Source of the DNA: Hydrolagus affinis
Taxonomy: Eukaryota
Assembly: GCA_012026655.1 (NCBI GenBank)
Contig: JAAILG010001136.1
Span: 1 to 64,000, forward strand
DNA length: 64,000 nt
Direction of reading: 5' to 3'
This document shows positions 1 through 9,530 of the stretch, piece after piece; positions within the stretch are counted from its first letter, which is position 1, and every line of letters begins with the position of its first letter. The translations under genes were made by a program, and so were the position numbers. Below the pieces are notes generated by a model. It had not been told where the DNA came from and made no database searches. It saw nothing but the letters and a program-made list of their open reading frames with translations.

Positions 1-689
1 ATACCTCATCAATTTATACCTCATTTGCTTCAGTAAAGTAGAATGGTTTTGCGTGGTTGATTGTCTGAACATACATTCATCACCCTGTCGTTGATGAGCC
101 ACGCCCTAAACAAGCTCATCAGTTTCGCCAGTTTTGCTTAAGGTGCACACATAAGTGTTTATGGCATGTTAAATGGTTTGTGAAGTCGTAGCTATTAAAA
201 CTACATTCCATACTGGATCCTTTGGTTGCAAACATGGCTGCAACGGGTCCAGCCAAGATGAACTAATGAAGTAAGCTAAATATTTGAGGTCTTCAGTTTC
301 TAATGCTTTGATCTAGGCAAACCATGTGTTGCATTTCCTTTTCTCATTAGCAGTGAGTACGTGATATTTGCAAAACACTGCGAAGGAGTGGTAGCAATAA
401 TGAAGTGCCAGAATCATACTTTGTGTTCTATCTGAAGGGCACTAGGATCAGACCCTTGGTTATACATACTGCTAGTTGCCGAGATGTTGGTACAGCAACC
501 CTATGTTTACAAGTCATTAATTACATATAACCATTCCTTAATCACCGGCAGTGAAATTGTGACTAAATAAAGGCCATGGGAGCGAGGGAAATTGCTTCCT
601 CGGTACACCGGGTAAATCTGTGCCGCACTGAGGCCCTTGATCTCTATTGCAAAACTGCCTCTTGAAGCAGTTCTGCAATATAAACTTAC

Positions 690-740
690 CACTGTTGTGA
701 TGTCCACCAAGTTGACTTTGTCGCTTACTTGCTGTTGTCT
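690..740 (-). CDS. Candidate additional 51-nt phase-1 exon of the same gene (ETTASKRQSQLGGHHNS)
   Basis: atgcag acceptor, GTAAGT donor, 51 nt, open in the frame required after exon 8272-8337; I recognise no homology. Confidence 0.4.
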
Positions 741-1089
741 CTGCATGATATTTGCAAATGGAAGGAACGCTCAAGGTTAATTGAAAAATTCAGATCCATT
801 AGATAAGTCAATTTAAAAAAGACAAACCATTAGTATTAAACTATGCAGATTAAATCTGCTGTGTTTACAATGACCTCAGTCACTTTTGGACCGACATTAT
901 TTCAAGATGATTTATCTTATGCATATATACACAGTAAACCATGAGAGTGCAATTATGTGTTCAAATCTTTTTCTAAACCAGGCAATACCGTTTTCTTTAC
1001 TATTGAGCATTCACACAGGATGAAACACATTATAACCAAACTTCATCAATGGCAGGTGATTGCTTCAGTAAAGTAGAATGATAAAGTAT

Positions 1090-1154
1090 TGTTTCGCTCT
1101 GGGACCCTACCCTACACGAGAGGCGCTATATAAATGCAAGTTGTCGTGGTTGTT
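1090..1154 (+). mobile_element. L2-type 3' tail fragment
   Basis: cgctctgggac...aggcgctatataaatgcaagttgtcgtggttgtt, same tail type as the L2 copy ending at 23651. Confidence 0.6.
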
Positions 1155-4090
1155 TCGAAGCTTGTGAATGAAAATGAATGGGTTATAATGTCACAGATGA
1201 AGGGTCTCAAAGAATGAATTATTTTCTGTTATTCTCCTAGCGTTCTGAAGCACCTGCCCCACAAGGCTACATGCATTCATATCCTGAGTTTCTGACCTTA
1301 TTATCCTCTCATCTATGCCACACCTACCAAGTTCAACATGCCCGACACGGAACGGTTTTGAAGGTAAAAAATGAACGCAATCTATTTGGATCTGAACCAA
1401 TCATTTTCCTTCCTCCCTCAATCCCTGTTTAGCACCTGTCAAACGAACCATTTCAGGGATACCTCATGTTGGCATGGTCAGAATCTCCTCACCACAATAA
1501 TCGAAACCTGTTCCAGTCGCGTTAGATCATTGTTTGGGAAGCGGACATCTCAGAAAGGGTTGACAGTTTAGATGCGGAAGTAACCATGTCGGGAATCATT
1601 GGAGTGAACCCATGGAACCAGAACAAAATGCATGACTTCAAAAAAATGTAGACAATTAGAATATTGAGGCCAATGGCATCCAATACAAGCAGAAACAATC
1701 AAGCCCAGGCATTAATTCTAGAAGAAGTAATCAACAATGGGACTCAACTGGCAATAGTTGGGAGGGGTGTATGAAACCAGGGCTTATAACTTGATAAGTT
1801 TATATCTTTACTGGTCTTTACTAGCATGACAACAAGGTAGCTTGGTTTATAAGGACATTGAAAGAAAGTCAGGAACAACTTTCATTGTGTGCATGGTTAT
1901 GTCACTGGAATATAGCTAGGCTGCATGAAATAGGTGATCGTATAAATTATGGCGTCATCATAAAGGGCAAAAACATCAGTTAGTAGCTGCAGTGTGCTGA
2001 GAATGTCAGTGCAAAAAGTAATTAAGTCACAAATTAGTCTAAGAGTGCAGACTTCTGTAAGTGCTGCTATTATGATGTCAATATAAATGATAACATTTGA
2101 AGCTCCCAATTAAATTTTTGATGATGAAAATGCTGTTTTCAAAACACAAAGAACTTATCTGATAATATTATTGAGAGACAATATAAGCTCTAAATAGGAA
2201 TGTTAGAAATGTGATTCAATTTCTCAGGTCTGCAAATGAAATGATCATGATATTGGAGCTACAGAGGTCCAACAGAATAACATCAACAACTGCTACACCA
2301 GAGATACAATGAAAAAAAGGTTCCTTATAATTTGATTAAGTGAAAAAAAAGATAAATGTATAACATAGCAGAAATGTTCAAAACACAACTTAGGTAAAAT
2401 TTTAATCAACCTGTAGAATATTAGGCCTATGTAGAGGAAATAAGAAATCAATGTTTGGTGGGTTTGATGTTTACAAAGATCCCCAGAAGATGCAGCAAGC
2501 TTATCAGCTTGACACAGATAGAAAATAATAATTGATACTGTAACCAACGGATGGTGGAAATATAAATGGAGCAGTGAGAATGAAGGAAAATGGCAGTTCT
2601 GCTTTTAGAACATGTTGATGAAAGATGAGCGATAAATTAATCATGGAGGAATAATCCTCGTGGATAATGAGATACTCCCAAAGATTAGATATCAATGATA
2701 GCTATAATTAACCCCATTGATATGAAAATGAAAATTTGGGCACACAGAGAATTAAACATCGATGAAGAAGAAGAACAACAAAATTATGTTTGTATAGCGC
2801 CTTTCATGTCAGGAGAACGTCCCAAGAAGTTCAAAGAGAAAAAACTAAGTGCAATAGTGAGCCATAGAATAACCAAAAGCTGCAAAAGCCTGAGCTATGA
2901 AGAATCAAATGAGAGAAATGCCTTTGGGTATTACAGTATGCAGAAAGGGTGAAAAGCAAATGTAAGATGCTGAGAGCAACAGCATTCGGGAAATTAAATT
3001 AACTTCAGGAGCACTCCATAGCAATGAATTTGAATTCAGAAATGAAACAATGAGATGGAAAGCTGAAGAAGCAATATTGAAACCATATACAGTATCGTAA
3101 AAATATCCGACTTTGACCACAACATCAAAATGACCAAGTAGTATTAAAAGATATGAAAGTAAGAGTGAAGTAGGAAATAATGATATTCAGCAATCTGTGT
3201 TAATATTTTGAATGAGTCCTGAACCACTAGAGAATCTCCTGAACACATAAAGAAATTAGTCATCTAATGAAAGCTTTGAGCACAATCATTTCACATCTTA
3301 CTTTAAGTCAAATGGAAAATACATTTCATTATTATACGGGAACGTGCTTTCAAAAAAGAAAAAAAGGGTTTTTGATTGGTAAGATTTAAACATCAAGGCT
3401 AATGACTGAAAAGTGCAGAACATGTGGAAAATACATCTATCTCTTTATCAATGTCAGATCAATATTTGGCGAAACAGATCAAGATTGAAATGATTATGAT
3501 TTTAAAGAAAACATAGCTACATTTGAGAAAATATCTCAAAAAGTGTCAATGAAGCGTTGGTCCGTGATAATAATAATCCTTGCATTTGTTTTTGGTTCCT
3601 AAGATATTCTTCTCCAGATCTGTTTAGCATCATCATGGAAGCCATTATATCAATAGGAATGATGTCTCCAAGCAATTTAAGATGCATTACTCTCATACAT
3701 ACAACTGCAAAGGAACTGCACATGACTTCAGATGAGATTAATGAACTCAGTTCTAAATTAGGATGACAATCGATATAGAGAAGGCAGGAGTTCAATTCTT
3801 TGGCACTGAATGCATCCGAATTGATCAGAACCCATCTGCAAAAGAAGCCTGAAGCAACTTGGTGAAATGTATCAAACAGAAAACTACCGCAGGGAAAGCT
3901 GGGGATGATGCTAAGATGATCAACTGAGACACCCGCCAATAACTTTAAAATCATCTGAACAACCAGAAAGAAGATGACATTAAAGCCATTTAAACGATGC
4001 CGTGTACAAATTATATAGACAATTAAGTTGTAAGGTAGCCCTCGGATCGACAAGTTCAAAAAAACACCATTAACACAAGCATTTATCATA
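1155..4090 (+). pseudogene. Putative endogenous viral element: decayed C-terminal half of a Bunyavirales-like L (RdRp) gene
   Basis: A-rich, low-stop frames on + strand in an order resembling bunyaviral L: RVSKNELFSV...VSDL (1201, motif D/E-like), EPFQGYLML, GVNPWNQNKMHDFKK, ILRP...LILEEVINNG (frame +2, 1382-1772, 3 internal stops in ~130 codons), VQKVIKSQISL (2003), VRNVIQFLRS (2202), WIMRYSQRLD (2661). Compared from memory only. Confidence 0.6.
2765..2830 (-). mobile_element. L2-type 3' tail inserted inside the putative viral L remnant
   Basis: aacaacaaaattatgtttgtatagcgcctttcatgtcaggagaacgtcccaag is the reverse complement of the L2 tail. Confidence 0.75.
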
Positions 4091-4319
4091 CCAGATTGTA
4101 AATTAATTTCAAACTGGGCTTCTTATCCTTGTGGCTGTTCGCTTCTTTGATTTGGGAGCTTTCGTTTCACTCTGAAAAATTTCCCATTTAGTGTATGACA
4201 TTTGAATGAATTGATACTGTGTGTTCCCCTGCAGAGTCTTTTAGATGAAGATGCTTGATTCTAATTTGAAAATATTGATTGTGTTAGAATGCAGAGTAGC
4301 ACTGAGTTGTTAGTTCATT

Positions 4320-4530
4320 TGGCTGTGGGTTAGATCATTGTGGTTTGAAGCCCAATGTCAGATTGACACGAGCTGAGATGAGATGTTATCCTGGGATCCC
4401 GTTTGCCTGTTTACATGGACAGTAAAGATCATGGTACCCTCCAGAATTTTCCTCTCTTCTCCAAGCAAACAATGTTACAGATTAATTGATCACTCATTTC
4501 AGTTATTAGTGGGACAATATAGCTGTTGTG
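4320..4530 (+). mobile_element. Old Deu-domain SINE fragment
   Basis: Degenerate match to the 38203 copy (gagatgtta...gtaaagatcatggtac...ctcatttcagttattagtgggac). Confidence 0.45.
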
Positions 4531-4550
4531 TTTGCTTTGAGTCACTATAA

Positions 4551-4775
4551 AAATAATCCTTGCATTTGATACAGCGCTTTTCACATCTTCTAGACGTCTC
4601 AAAGCGCTTCACAGAAGATACTGTAAAGTGAGTTGACTATATATTTGTAGGCGAATCGCGGCAGCCAATTGCGCACAGCAGTATCCCACAAGCAGCTGTG
4701 GATTGAAATAACCAATTTTATTATTGTTTTTTTGAGGAATTATTATCAGGCGTGTGGAGTAAGGAAACTTGCTCA
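4551..4775 (-). mobile_element. tRNA-derived SINE, 5'-truncated
   Basis: Reverse complement of the family core (tgggatactgctgtgcgcaattggctgcc) and (ATT)n tail. Confidence 0.85.
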
Positions 4776-4879
4776 TATGGTAATTAGCTGCGAAGAACTT
4801 TGAGATGTTTTTATGTGATAAAAATGCACACGCTTTTTTTAAAAAAAGAGAGGAATGAGTGGAAAAGAGATAATAATTT

Positions 4880-5340
4880 CTCAATATTCAAGATGTATGT
4901 AGACTGGAATAAAACATACCCAATGGAAGATTACTAAAGTTATAGACCACACAATTGCAGTTATGTAACTGGGCAGTGATCGATGGTGAAATGTTAGAAG
5001 CAGATAAAGGATTGCCTGTACTGGTACTAAAATAAGGAAGGAGAAGGTTTAACTTTTGGCAGATGGCACCATCGGTCAGACAAGTTTAACACTGTGGATT
5101 CAAGAACGTTGGAATTTATCTTTGTGGTATTACTGAACTTAGATATCAATGTACTCACATTTTCAAATCCAGAGGAAGTGGCACACCATTGATAAACTTC
5201 CCTAAACTCATTTTCAGTGATCCTACAATTTGTGGTCTTCTTGCGAGAAGAGAATAATGCTGCTTGGTAACGCCTGCCTTCCCCTGCATTCATGTAGCCT
5301 ACTGACACGCTTTGTAAGTTTATGCGTGAGTTTAATGAAG
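4880..5340 (+). pseudogene. Coding-like remnant, possibly a more N-terminal L-gene fragment
   Basis: GEGLTFGRWHHRSDKFNTVDSRTLE (frame +3, 5040) and LCGITELRY...PLINFPKLIF (frame +2, 5120) loosely resemble the PA-C-like region of bunyaviral L; a 110-aa antisense ORF overlaps. Confidence 0.3.
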
Positions 5341-5460
5341 CCTTATTGGTTTCTTTCAAGGGGGATGAGAGGAGGGTATTGTATTTAAAGTAAATCTTTT
5401 TACTAAATTGTTTAATTCTATTGGTGGAAATCTTTTTTTAAAAAATCAGCATCCTCTAAA

Positions 5461-6083
5461 TTAGTGGTTAGAGTACTTGCCTCGTAAGCAAGAGGACTTG
5501 GGTTTGATTCCCAGCAGGGTGAAACAATGGGCAAATTTCCTTACTCCACATGCCTTTGTTTACCTAGCAGCAAGTAGGAACCCTGTTTTTAGTCGAATGA
5601 CAGATCACTTTTCCAGTGGTAATAATACCATAAGAAAAAAAATAGAAAATAATTTGGTCACTTAATCCACGACTGTTTGTGGGACACTGCTATGCATAAA
5701 CTGCTATGCAATTTGCCTGCAAAATATAATAATTCTTGCAATTGATATAGCATTTTTCAAAGCGCTTCACAGAATATACTGTAAAGTGAATTGACTGTAT
5801 ATTTGTGGGAGAAACATGGCAGCACAGCAGTATCCCACAAACAGTCGTGGATTGAAATGACCAATTTATTATTGGGTTTTTTGAGGGCTTACTCAGCACA
5901 ATTTGCTTACTCAGCACAAGGCGTGCTGAGTAAGCAAATTTGCCCAAGGTTTCGCATGCAGGGAATTGAACCCAGGTCTCTCGCTATGCAGTAAATTCAC
6001 TTTACAGTATTTTCTGTGAAGCTCTTTGAGACGTCTCTAGGACGTGAAAAACGCTACATCAAATGCAAGGATTATTATTATTA
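5461..6083. mobile_element. Nested SINE cluster: + copy (5461-5720 and tail 5990-6083) interrupted by a - copy (5726-5990)
   Basis: tRNA-like head agtggttagag...ggtttgattccc on +; antisense copy ending gggaattgaacccaggtctctcgct; + tail resumes at attcactttacag. Confidence 0.8.
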
Positions 6084-7208
6084 CAAATAAAGGAAATCTA
6101 GCTCTCCTGTAAATAGAAATGGTTAATGAATCATTGTCTGCCCAGCACACAATCATGTTTAACAGAAAATTGCCCTTCAGGTCCTGGGAGTAACTGAACA
6201 ATGAGGAAAGGTCCGAAATACAAATGAGTTACATTCTGTGTGGGAGCTTTAGAAAGGCTGTCATGATTATGGTTTTGGAAGTTCAGAGAGGAGATTGCTG
6301 AAACCATCCTCACATTTAACAACATGATGTTATGGAACCTGTCAATGGCTTTGACAAGTTTTAATAAAAAATAATCAGTTTGGGCTTCGTAATTGGAAAA
6401 AGGTCAACATTGCAAAGATGGAAGGTCAGAATAATCCTCTTACTAACATAAAGGCAGACTCAGACAACTCAGCAAGTTTAAAGAATGTTGTCTAAGAACG
6501 CATGTGAAAACGCATGTGACGTTAGCATCGTGTCTGATTTCTTAGCTATCGCCAGTCTGCTGCAGCAATGCAGTATGTATCTGTGTGTAATGATTACATA
6601 ATTCAGAAATAACTAGGATTGCCTTCGGTGCTTTCAATCACTGATGTTTTATGAACATCAACTGTTGACCATTTTAATACAAAGAGCAATATCTTCTCAA
6701 TTCTCCAAATGTGTACATTGGGATATGATTTCTGGTGGTAGGAGGGAGCGTAATGTAAGCACTCAGAAGAAAATGGGGACTGACCTGAAAGAAAAAATGT
6801 TTTTTGCCTTGTTTTAACAAAATATCAACATAAATGTTTGATGGGTGTCCAGATTTGCTGTTTTACAGGAATCTTCCTATCATTCTTTGCAGGGAATGTC
6901 ACAGATTAGTTACTACTCTACCTGCACAATAAATCTGAATAATAACAAATAAAACAGCACATTGCATGAACCCCTGCAGACCCCATTTGTACATATGCCA
7001 AACATGAATGAGTGTTGCATACTACAGTTTGACAGAGGGTATATGTAAATTTCTTTGGTGAGTTTTTTTTTATCTGCTTTTCACATGGAGTTTTCAGATC
7101 AATTTAAATAGAATTTGATTGAATTAATCTCTTTCACTGCATTAACAGTTACTCTAACACAGCCAACAAGAAAATGGAAACAGCAAGAGGTTTTGGAGTA
7201 TATTTGGT

Positions 7209-7314
7209 AAAGTACATGAAGTGTGTTGAACAGTATAGTCATCCTGACTATTAACTAACCAAACTCAATGACAGCAATAGCAGACGTGTTTGAGGCCAAT
7301 ACGCTTACGGCAAC
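7209..7314 (+). repeat. Direct repeat copy 1 (~105 bp; partner 7974-8078)
   Basis: aaagtacatg...tcatcctgactattaactaaccaaactcaatgacagcaatagcagacgtgtttgaggccaa aligns by eye to 7974-8078 with scattered mismatches. Confidence 0.85.
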
Positions 7315-7319
7315 CGGGG

Positions 7320-7970
7320 CACATTTAACTCTTTGAAAAAATGTCACACTGTCGTCTAATCCATCTCAGCCCTATCATAATTCACACGTATGTTGCTTGC
7401 ATTCTCTTGTAAAGTAAAACACTGTTGTAATGTGACATGAAGCACATAGCACAGTAATCCTAGAGTTGACTGATTTAATAAAAGCTAGTGCCTTCGTGTG
7501 ATGATATTGTGAAGACCCTTTAGAGCGTTGTTTAGGTTGAGTGTCAACTAATCCAACCTCGACATGTAACCAGCTGTGTCTTGATCCTGACAGGATTGGA
7601 TATTCAAAATTCTACCGATACGCAGAGCTAATCTTAAGAACCTGTATTGTGAAGCATATCAGTGATGCCTGCGGCAAGCTTCAAGGAGCTTCTCAATTAA
7701 ACAGTCAAACGTTACCGCTTTCTTCACGCCTCATAATTCCGCTTCTGATGAAAATCATTGCTAAAGCATCAAACTAGCACACTCCTCCTCTTCACTTTGA
7801 ATAATATTTCGGCATTTAAATGAGTTTACCGGTGAGCATTTTATGGAAATTATAATTATGCTTTTCCATTTTCAACTTAACAGCAGATGTTAGTTCACCC
7901 TGAAACCCATACATCGCACCATCCTCCATTAGCATCCACTCGATGTCAAAGCCACTTGACAACTGACTGA
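7320..7970 (-). pseudogene. Putative decayed phenuivirus-like nucleocapsid (N) gene
   Basis: Minus-strand fragments DIEWMLMEDGAMYGFQGELTSAVKLKMEKH, AVTFDCLI, HHTKALAFIKSVN, HYNSVLLYKRMQ and GLDDS occur in the order of the recalled phlebovirus N motifs (FAYQG, LTLSRV, AHSLYLLQFSRVIN, VNSNF, FGLVD); span ~215 codons. Weak similarity judged by eye. Confidence 0.4.
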
Positions 7971-7973
7971 CGC

Positions 7974-8078
7974 AAAGTACATGCAGAGGCTTGAGCAGTC
8001 TTCATCCTGATTATTAAATAACCAAACTCAATCACAGCAACCGCAGACGTGTTTGAGGCCAACACTCCTACAGCTAAC
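7974..8078 (+). repeat. Direct repeat copy 2 (~105 bp; partner 7209-7314)
   Basis: aaagtacatg...tcatcctgattattaaataaccaaactcaatcacagcaaccgcagacgtgtttgaggccaa. Confidence 0.85.
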
Positions 8079-8271
8079 TGATTGGCAGGAAAGATTTCTA
8101 CTACTTGAACTGCTTGCTGTCTGATCTCTGCTCATTCTAATTAAAACTAATCTATTGCTCTAGGTGGTCAATGATTTGCAATATGTGAATACCCTGAACA
8201 GCAATAATGAAGCAATGATGGCGATTCACAAAAATTAGAAGGAATGCTGGACAAAGGCACATTACCTGTAC

Positions 8272-8337
8272 CTGAGGTGGGTGATTTGCAGCGTTCGAGC
8301 TCCAGTGATACAGGACTGTCCGAAAGTTCATTCAAGC
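8272..8337 (-). CDS. STXBP5L: Tomosyn-2 hypervariable-region exon, 66 nt, symmetric phase 1 (LNELSDSPVSLELERCKSPTS)
   Basis: Acceptor tttccag, donor GTACAG (second donor GTAATG 6 nt further); matches the recalled LTELNDSPVPLELERCKSPTS. Confidence 0.9.
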
Positions 8338-8635
8338 CTGGAAACATTAAAAACACACTAGATTACCAAGCTACTGTATATCAATAAAGAAACCTATTTT
8401 GAACACTCATAGGATATCCAAATATGTTTGTTATAGGATTCTAGAATAATCCCTACAGGAATTGTCATGCTATAAATCCATATTTAAGCCAATATACAAG
8501 GATCTGAAACCTAACCTTTACTTATGTTGTCTCTTCACTAACTCAAGACACCAAACAGTGATTTATACCTCAACCAAGTTGCTGAGTCCAGAGTTGTTCA
8601 GGCAAGTTGAAGTACTGTATGGTGGAATTGTATTT

Positions 8636-8745
8636 AATAATAATCCTTACATTGGATGTAGCGTCTTATCACGTCTTCAAGATGCCTCAAAGCACTTCAC
8701 AGTACACACTGCAAAGTGTAGTGACTGTATATTTTGTGGATGAAA
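8636..8745 (-). mobile_element. SINE 3' tail inside the putative viral L middle fragment
   Basis: aataataatccttacattggatgtagcgtc...aagcacttcacag matches the family tail. Confidence 0.75.
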
Positions 8746-9397
8746 TTTAATGTTGTATGAAATCCAAATAGTCTGGTGTGCTTGTGTTGTCATAGACCTA
8801 ACGTACATCAGTGTTGGCTTGTCAATCTCCCAAGCAGACCAATGTCAGTTACCATTTGAAATTTCTCTTTCTCCGAGATATTTGTTAGGAAGTGATGGTC
8901 CCCGGTAACGGGGAAATCACCCTGACATTTTCTAGACCACAAAATGACAGGAATAAATCCCTTCTTTGCTGACCTCTACAGTTCTTGAGAACAACCGTTT
9001 GTGTATGGAACTAGCTGATGTCACTTTTTTGGTCCAAGAGAAAACTTGGACAATTCATGAATTCGAATGTAAAGACCAACCCATTGGGACTGGCAGACTC
9101 ATTCATCTACTGAGGTGCACTTGTACTGAATGAAGACAAGCTGAAGGTTGCGAGGCAAATGGATCCCAAGGCTTACTTGTCAGTACATGGAGGATGCTGT
9201 GATGAAGAAAAATATACTTTTTTCACTGCTTCCTCCCTCTTTAATAAATCAATGAGCTCAAATAAGACTTTTCTGCTCCTGTGAGTTCAGTGAATGTTTC
9301 CATACAATTGAGTAAACACTCAATTATTTTATTTTTACTACACAATCATGGCAAATCACTGTTTAACCAAATGTTATTTCTACCAAGGAGAATGATA

Positions 9398-9530
9398 AAG
9401 AATCCTTGCATTTGATATATTGCCTTATTATGGCATTGAAACTTCTCAAAGTGATTCACAGGGTTTACCAAAAAGGCAGCGTCTGTGTGTCTGCAGGAAA
9501 GCACGGCAGCCATTTTACACACAGCAATTT
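9398..9530 (-). mobile_element. SINE 3' fragment inside the putative viral L middle fragment
   Basis: aatccttgcatttgatata...ggcagccattttacacacagca matches the family tail and core. Confidence 0.7.

Noticed and set aside
3517-4089. 190-aa minus-strand ORF
   Set aside because: Runs through a SINE tail fragment and is better explained as the antisense shadow of the decayed plus-strand viral-like frame.
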